In this document: positions 17,018 through 24,889 of the stretch, piece by piece
Numbering within the stretch: position 1 is the first letter of the stretch
Layout: each line of letters opens with the position of its first letter
DNA from: Minicystis rosea
GTDB taxonomy: Bacteria; Myxococcota_A; Polyangia; Polyangiales; Polyangiaceae
DNA: 32,000 bases
Direction of reading: 5' to 3'
Assembly (NCBI GenBank): GCA_001931535.1
Contig: CP016211.1
Coordinates: 9,438,377 to 9,470,376 of the forward strand
The notes under the pieces: generated by a model
What the model was told of the DNA's origin: nothing
Database searches by the model: none
The model's input: only the letters and a program-made list of their open reading frames with translations
Position numbers and translations under genes: made by a program

Positions 17018-17869
17018 GTGCAGACCTCTCGCGACCAGACCAGCGCAGTCTCGCGCTACATCAACCATGTTCGGCAGATCCCCGAGCTGTCTCGCGAAGA
17101 GGAGGCCGACCTCGCCCGCGCCTTCCGTGACGAAGGCAAGCAGGACGCGGCCGCCCGCTTGGCGCTGGCGAACCTTCGCCACGTCGTCTCGATCGCGGTC
17201 AGCTATCGGCGCTACGGAATCCCGCTCGCCGAGCTGATCGCCGAGGGGAACTTCGGTATCGTCCACGCGATCCGCAAGTACGACCCCGACCGAGGGAACC
17301 GATTCGTCACGTACGCCGCGTACTGGATCCGGGCGTACATCCTGAACCACGTCATCCACTCGTGGAGCCTCGTGGGCGTCGGATCGGGGCCGCTCCGGTC
17401 GAAGATGTTCTTCCGCCTGCGCCGCGAGCGCGCGCGCATCGCCGGGCTCGTCGGCGAGGGCGAGGCCGGCGACAAGATGCTCGCCGAGAAGTTCGGCGCG
17501 CCCGCCGAGAAGGTGATCGAGATGGCCCGCCGCCTCGAAGCGCGCGACGTCAGCCTCGACACGAAGGTCTTCGAGGACGGCGCTCGCTCGCTCGTCGACA
17601 CGCTGGCGGCCGATGACCAAGACCAAGAGGAGCAGTTTTCGCGCGCCGAGGAAGGCGCCCTATTGCGCGAACGGCTCACGCAGGCCGTGCAGAACCTCGA
17701 CCCGCGCGAACGCTACATCGTGGAGACCCGGATGATGGCGGATCCCGAGGAGGAGCTGTCCCTCGCCGAGATCGGCCGCCGCCTCGGCGTCTCCCGCGAA
17801 CGCGCTCGCCAGCTCGAAGCCCGCGCCAAGAAGAAGCTCCGCGATCGCCTGCAACCCCTCGCAGCCTGA
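17018..17869 (+). CDS. Sigma-70 family sigma factor, RpoH-like (sigma-32 group; 283 aa)
   Basis: GTG at 17018 follows GGGGGA. Regions 2.1-2.4 are LANLRHVVSIAVSYRRYGIPLAELIAEGNFGIVHAIRKYDPDRGNRFVTYAAYWIRAYI. There is an RpoH-box-like SKMFFRLRR and a region 4.2 HTH, LSLAEIGRRLGVSRERARQLEARA. Confidence 0.9.
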   Translation: MQTSRDQTSAVSRYINHVRQIPELSREEEADLARAFRDEGKQDAAARLALANLRHVVSIAVSYRRYGIPLAELIAEGNFGIVHAIRKYDPDRGNRFVTYAAYWIRAYILNHVIHSWSLVGVGSGPLRSKMFFRLRRERARIAGLVGEGEAGDKMLAEKFGAPAEKVIEMARRLEARDVSLDTKVFEDGARSLVDTLAADDQDQEEQFSRAEEGALLRERLTQAVQNLDPRERYIVETRMMADPEEELSLAEIGRRLGVSRERARQLEARAKKKLRDRLQPLAA

Positions 17870-17879
17870 CGAGACAAGA

Positions 17880-18480
17880 GCCACGGATCACGATCGCAAT
17901 CGCGATCCGTGACGCACACGCCGAGCTCATCGCGACGAGATGCATGCACGAGCATCACGATCGCTTCGAGCTCCGCGATCGATGCGCACCGCGCTCCACC
18001 TCCTCGAAGCCACGCCGCATCCCTCACCCATATCGCGTCGCGCATGGAGGCACGAGGAGGTCGCAATCGATCACCACCGACGACGCGCGACGTGCAGCGT
18101 GCATCGATCCTATCGATGCATCGCGAGCTCATCGCGCGTGCTCCGAGCGCAACCGTCGATGCGATTGCCGATCGCACCCGCGACGCGAGCGGATCGTTCA
18201 TCGCTCCGCTCGCAATCGTCGAGGTGAGCGCGGCGCCTGTGATGCGAGCACATCGCGCGAACGGTCAGCGCCGCTCCAACCGCGGTCGTCGATGCGATTG
18301 TTGACCGCACCCGCAACGTCGCCGCTCCGACCACAATCTTCGATACGATTGTCGATCGCACCCGCAACGCGATCGCATCACGCACACGTCCGTCGCCGCT
18401 CCGACCGCAATCGTCGATGCGATTGTTGATCGCATCCGCAACGCGATTGCATCACGCTCCGATCGCAATCGTCGAGCTGA
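17880..18480. repeat. Degenerate head-to-tail tandem-repeat tract with six recognisable units in the right half
   Basis: Units start with GCTCC at 18140, 18203, 18273, 18324, 18398 and 18456. The consensus is GCTCCGACCGCAATCGTCGATGCGATTGTTGATCGCACCCGCAACGCGATYGCATCACGC. The left half (17880-18139) is made of the same short words (CGATCGC, ATCGATGCA, GCTCATCGCG). There is no credible ORF, and the unit spacing is not in multiples of 3. Confidence 0.8.
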
Positions 18481-18508
18481 TCGCTCACCACGGGCCCATC
18501 AAGCACGA

Positions 18509-18534
18509 AGCCCCGCCTCTTTCGAGACGGGGCT
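18509..18534 (-). terminator. 3' stem-loop (terminator or processing hairpin) of rnpB
   Basis: The minus-strand RNA is GCCCCGUCUC-GAAA-GAGGCGGGGC. It is fully paired only on the minus strand (one G-U pair, which would be a C-A mismatch on the plus strand). It has a GAAA tetraloop, and the following U-tract is weak (CUUCGUGCUU). Confidence 0.5.
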
Positions 18535-18952
18535 CTGTGGTCGCAGGGGACGTAAGCCGAGTTCTGTTGCGCGATGCGGTCGCCCGACTCCCGCGCCGAC
18601 GATCATTCCTCTAGGACGCACGTTGCCGTACGCCTCCAGCAGCCAACCCGGAGGCTCGGGCGGGCAGCCCTTTCACGGCGTCCCTTGCGGTCCGCCGCAT
18701 CGCCTCCTTACGCGGCCTTGCTCCGGGTGGGGTTTGCCTTGCCACCCTCGTCACCGAGGGCGCGGTGGGCTCTTACCCCGCCGTTTCACCCTTACCCGAC
18801 GGTCTCTTGCGAGACGGGCGGGCGGTCTCTTCTCTGTTGCACTTTCCTCGAGGTCACCCTCACCGGGCGTTACCCGGCACCCTGCCCTGCGGAGCTCGGA
18901 CTTTCCTCCCGTGGGACGAACCCACCGGCGACCGTCTGTCCCGCTGCGACCG
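18535..18952 (-). ncRNA. rnpB: RNase P RNA, bacterial type A
   Basis: The reverse complement carries the universally conserved blocks in the correct order: GGAGGAAAGUCCGAGCUCCGCAGGGCAGGGUGCCGGGUAACGCCCGG, GUGCAACAGAGAAG, GGUAAGGGUGAAA, GGUAAGAGCCCACCGCG, CCCACCCGGAGCAAGGCC, CUAGAGGAAUGAUCGUC and ACAGAACUCGGCUUAC. P1 forms between GGUCGCAGCGGGAC (5') and GUCCCCUGCGACC (3'). The ends are accurate to about 5 nt. Confidence 0.94.
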
Positions 18953-18956
18953 GCGC

Positions 18957-18985
18957 AACATACCCACCACGATCGACCCCGTCGA
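18957..18985 (-). promoter_or_regulatory. Candidate sigma-70-type promoter of rnpB
   Basis: The minus strand reads TCGACG-N17-TATGTT. This would place the transcription start 6-7 nt downstream, at the first P1 nucleotides. Confidence 0.35.
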
Positions 18986-19180
18986 GCCGTATACGAGCCG
19001 AACGACCTCAGCCCGTACCGCACGAGGTCGCAAAACACGCCTCAACGCACCCCATCGATCACGCAGCCAATCGAGCCCGTTCGCTCGCGGCCACGTGATC
19101 GAAGCCATCACGCGGCCACTTGCAGCCACGTTCGGGCTGGTCCGGCCACAGCCCCACGACTCGTTTGGAGGAAGCAATCT

Positions 19181-19252
19181 GGGCCGGCTACGCCGGCCCG
19201 GGGTTTGGGGCCGCTCGCGGCCCCATCGTGACGACGGGCCGCTTGCGGCCCC
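19181..19252 (-). terminator. Three consecutive GC-rich stem-loops directly downstream of mglA (terminator or RNA-stabiliser cluster)
   Basis: 19236-19251 is GGGCCG-CTTG-CGGCCC. 19207-19224 is GGGGCCG-CTCG-CGGCCCC. 19181-19199 is GGGCCGGC-TAC-GCCGGCCC. All share the GGGCCG/CGGCCC arms. No clear U-tract follows any of them. Confidence 0.5.
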
Positions 19253-19256
19253 AATG

Positions 19257-19847
19257 TCACGGCCCGCCCTTGCGGAGCTCGGTGAGGACGAGCTTGGCGA
19301 CGGCCTTGAGGGTGTCGAAGACGCCGACGCCGGTGCGGGCCACGCCTTCGAAGTCGGGGACGTTGGTCGGGTTCAAGAGCTCGCGCAGCTCTTCGACCGT
19401 CGCGATCTCGGGGAGGTCGCGCTTGTTGTACTGGATGACGTAGGGGATCTTGTCGAGCGAGTAGCCCTGCTCCGCGAGGTTCGTGCGGAGGTTCTCGACC
19501 GACTCCTGGTTCGCTTCGATGCGGCCGACCTGCGAGTCGGCCACGAAGACGACGCCGTCGACGCCCTTCAGGATCAGCTTGCGGCTCGCGTCGTAGAAGA
19601 CCTGGCCGGGCACCGTGTAGAGGTGGAAGCGCGTCTTGAAGCCGCGGATCTCACCGAGGGCGAGCGGGAGGAAGTCGAAGAACAGCGTGCGATCGGTCTC
19701 GGTCGCGAGGGAGATCATCTTCCCCTTCGCGTCCGGGTTGGTGCGCTCGTAGATGTACTGCAGGTTCGTCGTCTTCCCGCACAGGCCAGGCCCGTAGTAG
19801 ACGATCTTGCAGTTGATCTCGCGCGCCATGTAATTGATGAAGCTCAT
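19257..19847 (-). CDS. mglA: Ras-like polarity/gliding-motility GTPase MglA (196 aa)
   Basis: Near-identical over its full length to M. xanthus MglA as I remember it: [99 protein letters not shown] and [19 protein letters not shown]. The SD AGGAG overlaps the mglB stop (TAGGAGCGCGCGATG). Confidence 0.97.
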   Translation of the reverse strand: MSFINYMAREINCKIVYYGPGLCGKTTNLQYIYERTNPDAKGKMISLATETDRTLFFDFLPLALGEIRGFKTRFHLYTVPGQVFYDASRKLILKGVDGVVFVADSQVGRIEANQESVENLRTNLAEQGYSLDKIPYVIQYNKRDLPEIATVEELRELLNPTNVPDFEGVARTGVGVFDTLKAVAKLVLTELRKGGP

Positions 19848-19856
19848 CGCGCGCTC

Positions 19857-20339
19857 CTAGTCGTTGAAGAGGTTGTCGATGTCTTCGTCGGTGATCTCGG
19901 CGAAGGGAGAGTCGGCGCCCGGCTCCTGCACCTTCTTCAGCAGGGCCTCGAAGATGTGGTTCAGCTCCTCGCTGGCCTTGCGCACACGGAGCCGGACCAG
20001 GCCGAGGCTCGACTTGCTGTCGAAGATGACCACCAGGATGACCCGGTTCCCGACGAGCTGGATGTGGATGTTCGCCTTCTCGCCCTCGTGGAACTGGGTG
20101 GCGAACTCGTTCTCCTTGAGGAGCTTCGCCATGCCGCCGGTGGCGGCGATGTTGCCCGCGGTGAGGGACGCCAGCGACGTCGTGTCGAGATTGTCCACGT
20201 CGCCGCTCGCGGCGATCAGCTGTCCATTCTTGTCGACGATGAAGACGACCTTGGCGTTGGCGTCCTTGACGAGGCGATCCACGACGTTCTGGATCTGATT
20301 GAACTCCTCCTCGTACATCACCATCTGAGGGTTGACCAT
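19857..20339 (-). CDS. mglB: MglB, Roadblock/LC7-fold GTPase-activating protein of MglA (160 aa)
   Basis: ATG at 20339 follows GGAGGAAC. VMYEEEF, DANAKVVFIVDKNGQLI, DTTSLASLTAGNIAA.GG.AKL..ENEF..QFHEG, LVVIFD...SLGLVRLR..KAS.EL and SPFAEITDEDIDNLF match M. xanthus MglB. The upstream part of the track ORF is discarded. Confidence 0.95.
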   Translation of the reverse strand: MVNPQMVMYEEEFNQIQNVVDRLVKDANAKVVFIVDKNGQLIAASGDVDNLDTTSLASLTAGNIAATGGMAKLLKENEFATQFHEGEKANIHIQLVGNRVILVVIFDSKSSLGLVRLRVRKASEELNHIFEALLKKVQEPGADSPFAEITDEDIDNLFND

Positions 20340-20479
20340 CGTTCCTCCGCCGGGCCTCACCAGAGTCAAAAGAGGCGCGCACCTCGGGGCTCCACTGCCG
20401 CCGGGCCGACCTCGAACCACCGTCCTGCCGTACTCGCGCCTCGCTGCTCGTGCGTGTCGCTTCTCGAAGCTCGCGCCCG

Positions 20480-20500
20480 CCTGACGCATTACGCGTCAGG
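20480..20500. promoter_or_regulatory. Inverted repeat CCTGACGC-ATTAC-GCGTCAGG in the mglB / TPR-gene divergent intergenic region
   Basis: Perfect 8-bp arms with a 5-nt spacer, 141 nt upstream of the mglB start. It could be an operator or an RNA hairpin in the mglBA leader. Confidence 0.3.
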
Positions 20501-20756
20501 AGACGGTTCTATCCGAAGCAGGCACGGCGGAGCAAGGTGAGGTTTCGCCCAGGCGTGAGGTAGGCGCGTCCCGAGGCCCATTTCGACGGGAGGGGAAGGC
20601 CCGGTTCCGCCCCCGCTTCCCGCTGCCGCCGCCGCTGTTCGCAGGGAAATCACGAGCACGCGCGGGCCCCCACGACCCGAGGTGTGGCCTCCGCGGCATC
20701 CTGCCCGGCATTTCGAGAGTTGACCGGCGCCGCCCGGCACGGGATAGCGGTGGCCG

Positions 20757-23700
20757 ATGACTCCGCGCGCACGAGGGAAGCAATCTGGGTGGGCGAAAGC
20801 GGGCCTCGGGGCGCTTTGCGTGACCACGATCGCGGGCACGTTCTGCCCCGACGCGGCCGCTGAAATCGGCGCGATTCACCCCGATCTCGTGAAGGCCGAG
20901 ATCGCGGTGCGGAGCGCCAAGGGCCCCGAGATCTACGCGGCCCTGCGCGACGTGTGGCGCATGTGGGATCGCGCCGATCCCGCGCAGGTCGAAGAAGCGA
21001 TCGCGTCCGTGGCCGCGAGCACGAGCGCGGCCCCGCCGGTGAAGGTGTACGCGTCGCTGCTCGAAGCGTATGCGCGCCGCCGTCGCGGCGATCTCGACGG
21101 CGCGGCCGCGCGCATCCAAAAGCTCGGGTTCGTCGGCAAGTGGATCACGGTCGGCCCGTTCGACAACGAGAACAAGGCCGGCTTCGGGCACGTGTACGGC
21201 CCGGAGATCGAGATCGGCGGGCCCCTCGATCCGGCGCGCGGCTACGACGGCAAGGAGCGGCCGGTGCGCTGGCGCGTGCCGCCGCTCGCCGCTTCGTTCG
21301 GCTGGGTGGATCTCGGCGAGGTCGTGCGGCCGCGCGAGAACGCGTGCGTGTACGCGACGACCTTCGTGAGCGCGCGGGCCGGGACGCGCGCGCCGCGCAA
21401 GGTGACGTTGTGGATGGGCACGACGGGCGCGTTCCGCACGTGGTGGAACGGCGAGGTCGTGCTCGAGGACTCGGGCTATCGCGATCTCGACATCGATCGC
21501 TTCGCGACGACGGTGACGCTCGCGCCCGGGCCGAACCGGATCACGGTGAAGGTGTGCGGCACCGACGATGCGCCGAAGATCGCGCTGCGCATCGGTGACG
21601 AGAAGGGCGCGCCGGATCTCGGGATCGACGTGGCCGCCGATCCGCTGCTCGCGACGAAGGCCGTGCCCGTCGCGGCGGCGAAGAAGGACGACAAGGGCAA
21701 GGCGAAGGCGGCTCCGAAGCCTGCGCCGAGCGGTCCTCTCGGGCCGATGCAGGCCTTCGAGAAGATGGTCGCCGCGTACGAAGGGAAAGCGCGCGACGAG
21801 GACGCGAAGGAGACGGGCCGGAAGCAGGCGCCGCGCGCCGAGCCCAAGCTGCCGCCGAGCAGCGCGGCGCCGCTGGAAGCGTTCGCGCGCTACCTGGCGA
21901 CGACGGGCGGTGACAGCCGGCCCGAGCACCGCGCGCGCGATCTGGCGCGACGCGCAGCCGAAGCCGAGCCGACGGTGAAGCGCTACCTGCTCGCAGGTCA
22001 GCTCGCCGAGGATCGCAACCAGCGGCGCGAGTGGGTCGACAAGGCCACGGCGCTGGCCGATGCGAAGGACGTGGAGGTCCTCTTGGCGCAGGCGCAGCTC
22101 GCGCGCACGAGCACGAACTGGCGCGACGCGGTGCCGATCTTCGAGAAGATCCTGGCCATCGATCCGGATCACCTGAGCGGCACGCTCGGGCTGGTCGAGC
22201 TCTACATCGAGGCGGGCCTGAAGCGCACCGCGCTCGCGACGCTGGAGCGCGCCGTCGAGCGGCAGCCGAAGAGCGTCGCGCTGCTGCGCATCTACGCGGG
22301 TCAGCTCCGCGCGCTGGGTCGCGACACCGAGGCCGGCGAGCTCGAGGCGCGCTACTCGGCGCTGCGCTTCGACGACTCGTCGTTCCTCAGCCAGCAGGTG
22401 GAGCTCGCGGTCGCGCGGCGCGACAAGGCGGGCGCCGAGCGCTGGCTCGATCGGTTCATCGCCAGCGAGCCCGACTCGACCTATGCGCGCGGCATCGCGG
22501 CGCGCACGTATCGCGCGCTCGGACAGAAGCAGCGCGCGGTGGCCTCGTTCCAGCGCGCCCTCCAGCTCGCGCCGGAGGACGTGCCCTCGCTGCGCGCGCT
22601 CGCCGATCTCTACGGGCAGGACGATCAGCGCGACGAGCAGCTCAAGCTCCTGCGCCAGATCCTGGCGCTGAGCCCGCAGGCGAAGGACGTCCGCGAGTAC
22701 GTGGAGCACATCGAGCCGCCCAAGCCGCGCGCCGACGAGGCCTACGCGTGGGCGCCCGAGCGCTTCCTCCCGATGCGCAAGGACCCGGACACGCGCTACC
22801 CGAAGCGCACGCTGCGCAGCCTCACGGTGACGACCGTGTTCCCCAACGGGCTCGCGAGCCGCTTCCGGCAGGTAGTGTTCCAGCCGCTCACCGACGAGGC
22901 CGCGGCCAGCGGTCGTCAGTTCGCCTTCGAGTACCAGGCCGACAAGCAGGCGGTGCAGCTCCGCGCGGCCAAGGTCTATCGCAAGGACGGCAAGATCGAC
23001 GAGGCCATCGAGAGCGGCGAGTCGAGCGCCAACGATCCCTCGCTCGCCATGTACACCTCGAGCCGCACCTTCTACGTGCAGTTCCCGCGGCTCGAGCCGG
23101 GCGACGTGGTCGAGCTGCGCTACCGCATCGAGGATGTCGCGGTGCGCAACGAGATCGCCGACTACTACGGCGAGGTCGAGATCATGGGCACCGATGAGCC
23201 GGTCTCCGGCAGCGAGTACGTGCTCATCACGCCCAAGAATCGCGGGTTTCAAGTGAGCGCGTCGCGCCTGCCCGGCCTGCAGCGCGAGTCCAAAGAAGAG
23301 GGTGATCAGCGCATCCTCCGCTTCTACGCGGACAAGGTGGAGCCGGTCGCGAGCGAGCCGGTGATGCCGCCGTGGGCCGAGATCCTCCCGCACGTGCACG
23401 TCTCCACCTTCAAGAGCTGGGACGAGGTGGGCGCGTATTACTGGGGCCTCGCGCGCGATCAGCTCGACGTCGACGACGAGGTGCGCCGCCGGGTCAAGGA
23501 GATCACGAAGGGCCTCAAGGACGACGCGGCCAAGGTGAAGGCCATCTACAAGTACGCGACGCGCCTCCGCTACGTCGCGCTGGAGCTCGGCCTCGAAGGG
23601 ATCAAGCCGCGCCGCTGCGCGCAGACGATCGCGCGCGGGTGGGGCGACTGCAAAGACAAGGCGACCGTGATCGTGACGATGCTGCGCGAGGCCGGCATCC

Positions 23701-24578
23701 CGGCGACGCTGGTGCTCGTGCGCACCGGCATGCGCGGCGGCATCGAGGACGCACCCGCGAGCCTCGCGCCCTTCGATCACGCCATCGCCTACGTGCCGTC
23801 GCTCGATCTGTACCTCGACGGCACCGCCGAGCACACCGGCTCGACCGAGCTGCCCGTGATGGATCGCGGCGCCTTCGGCCTGCAGATCAACCAGGGCAAG
23901 CCCAAGCTGGTGCACCTCCCGCAGCCGCCGCCGGAGGCGTCGATCACGCGCCGCAAGATCGACATCGCGCTCGCGCCCGACGGCTCGGGTCCGTTCACCC
24001 TCGACCTCACCGTGAGCGGCGCGTACGCGCCGAGCTACCGCCAGCGCTACTTGGCCGAGGGCCTGCGTCGCGAGCGCGCGCAGCGCGATCTCGGCGGCGA
24101 GCTGGGCGCCTTCGAGTTCGCTGCGGGCAAGGCCGGGCTCGAGCTCTCGGATCTCGAGGACGAGGAGCAGCCCGTGCACCTCAAGGCCAAGGGCAAGGCG
24201 CAGGCGTTCGCGCGGCGCGACGGCGAGACGCTGGTCGTGCCGCTCGGCCCGACGCACAAGCTCACGGCCGACTACGCCTCGCTCTCGAAGCGCAACCTCG
24301 ACATCGATCTGCACGCCCTCACGCAGAAAGACGACGAGTGGACGATCAAGCTGCCGCCGGGGATGAAGATCAAGCGCAGCGCTCAGATCCAGCCGCCGCT
24401 CGACACGCCCTTCGGCCGCGCCTCACTGAGCTTCGAAGAGAACCAAGGCAAGGTCGTCGTGCGCGCCAGCCTCGCCTTCAAGAAGACGCGCATCACGCCC
24501 GCCGAGTACCCCGCGTGGCGCGCCTTCTGCGAGGGGGTCGACCGGATCTTCGGCGCATCGATCGAGGTCTCCAAGTGA
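20757..24578 (+). CDS. Large exported multidomain protein (1273 aa): N-terminal beta-sandwich-like region, Lys/Ala/Pro-rich linker, TPR repeats, DUF3857-like, transglutaminase-like Cys-protease core, DUF3858-like C-terminus
   Basis: The N-terminus is signal-peptide-like (KAGLGALCVTTIAGTFCPDAAAE). TPR-type helical repeats span roughly aa 400-640. The transglutaminase-core motif is ARGWGDCKDKATVIVTMLREAGIPATLVLV, followed by FDHAIAYVP (Cys/His). Codon bias is strong. The 1272-aa antisense ORF is a shadow. Confidence 0.88.
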   Translation: MTPRARGKQSGWAKAGLGALCVTTIAGTFCPDAAAEIGAIHPDLVKAEIAVRSAKGPEIYAALRDVWRMWDRADPAQVEEAIASVAASTSAAPPVKVYASLLEAYARRRRGDLDGAAARIQKLGFVGKWITVGPFDNENKAGFGHVYGPEIEIGGPLDPARGYDGKERPVRWRVPPLAASFGWVDLGEVVRPRENACVYATTFVSARAGTRAPRKVTLWMGTTGAFRTWWNGEVVLEDSGYRDLDIDRFATTVTLAPGPNRITVKVCGTDDAPKIALRIGDEKGAPDLGIDVAADPLLATKAVPVAAAKKDDKGKAKAAPKPAPSGPLGPMQAFEKMVAAYEGKARDEDAKETGRKQAPRAEPKLPPSSAAPLEAFARYLATTGGDSRPEHRARDLARRAAEAEPTVKRYLLAGQLAEDRNQRREWVDKATALADAKDVEVLLAQAQLARTSTNWRDAVPIFEKILAIDPDHLSGTLGLVELYIEAGLKRTALATLERAVERQPKSVALLRIYAGQLRALGRDTEAGELEARYSALRFDDSSFLSQQVELAVARRDKAGAERWLDRFIASEPDSTYARGIAARTYRALGQKQRAVASFQRALQLAPEDVPSLRALADLYGQDDQRDEQLKLLRQILALSPQAKDVREYVEHIEPPKPRADEAYAWAPERFLPMRKDPDTRYPKRTLRSLTVTTVFPNGLASRFRQVVFQPLTDEAAASGRQFAFEYQADKQAVQLRAAKVYRKDGKIDEAIESGESSANDPSLAMYTSSRTFYVQFPRLEPGDVVELRYRIEDVAVRNEIADYYGEVEIMGTDEPVSGSEYVLITPKNRGFQVSASRLPGLQRESKEEGDQRILRFYADKVEPVASEPVMPPWAEILPHVHVSTFKSWDEVGAYYWGLARDQLDVDDEVRRRVKEITKGLKDDAAKVKAIYKYATRLRYVALELGLEGIKPRRCAQTIARGWGDCKDKATVIVTMLREAGIPATLVLVRTGMRGGIEDAPASLAPFDHAIAYVPSLDLYLDGTAEHTGSTELPVMDRGAFGLQINQGKPKLVHLPQPPPEASITRRKIDIALAPDGSGPFTLDLTVSGAYAPSYRQRYLAEGLRRERAQRDLGGELGAFEFAAGKAGLELSDLEDEEQPVHLKAKGKAQAFARRDGETLVVPLGPTHKLTADYASLSKRNLDIDLHALTQKDDEWTIKLPPGMKIKRSAQIQPPLDTPFGRASLSFEENQGKVVVRASLAFKKTRITPAEYPAWRAFCEGVDRIFGASIEVSK

Positions 24579-24889
24579 TCGAGCCCGCGACGGCGCTCGG
24601 CGAGCTGCGCCCGATCGACGCGGTCCCTGCCGATGGATCCGACACGGGCGAGGCTCGGCGCGAGCGTCGCGTCGAGCCTCTCGCTCTCCCCGAAGGCGTG
24701 CTCGCCGTGCGCGTCGGGCCCGGCGCCAACTGCTCTTCGGCAGGCAGCGCCGTCGACGTGCTCTTCTATGGCAGCGTCATCGTCGGCGCGATCGCCGTCG
24801 CCCTCGCCGCCGCCTTCCCTCCGCGCGAGCGGCGCGACGATGACGACGACGGCGAGCCCGCCGCGCCCCCGGCCACCGATCACAAATAG
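24575..24889 (+). CDS. Putative small single-pass membrane protein (104 aa) translationally coupled to the TPR/transglutaminase gene
   Basis: GTG at 24575 overlaps the upstream stop (GTGA). GC3 is high in this frame. There is one clear TM segment (VLFYGSVIVGAIAVALAAAF) followed by an acidic tail (RERRDDDDDGE). I recognise no homology. It overlaps the convergent gene by 10 nt. Confidence 0.45.
   Translation: MIEPATALGELRPIDAVPADGSDTGEARRERRVEPLALPEGVLAVRVGPGANCSSAGSAVDVLFYGSVIVGAIAVALAAAFPPRERRDDDDDGEPAAPPATDHK

Noticed and set aside
17880-18480. CRISPR array interpretation of the tandem-repeat tract
   Set aside because: The units abut each other, with no unique spacers of constant length between conserved repeats. 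Copies are degenerate and truncated, and the period varies from 51 to 74 nt. There are no cas genes and no leader-like AT-rich region in the window.
17880-18490. GATC/CGATCG enrichment suggesting a methylation-controlled or origin-like region
   Set aside because: I counted 14 GATC in this ~600 nt. A control count in ~600 nt of ordinary coding sequence (1861-2460) gave 9, because GAT-C, ATC and TCG codon contexts make GATC common in this genome. The excess is not convincing. No DnaA-box-like motifs are visible.
18574-20540. Plus-strand ORFs 18574..19098, 18623..19231 and 18765..20540 (up to 591 aa)
   Set aside because: They run across RNase P RNA and antisense to mglA/mglB, both of which are identified with very high confidence. 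Their translations are Arg/Pro-rich with no motifs.
20496-24314. 1272-aa ORF antisense to the TPR/transglutaminase gene
   Set aside because: This is a classic high-GC shadow ORF. Its composition is Arg/Ala/Leu/Glu/His-rich with no motifs. It mirrors the plus-strand gene, which carries recognisable domains and the correct GC3 bias.
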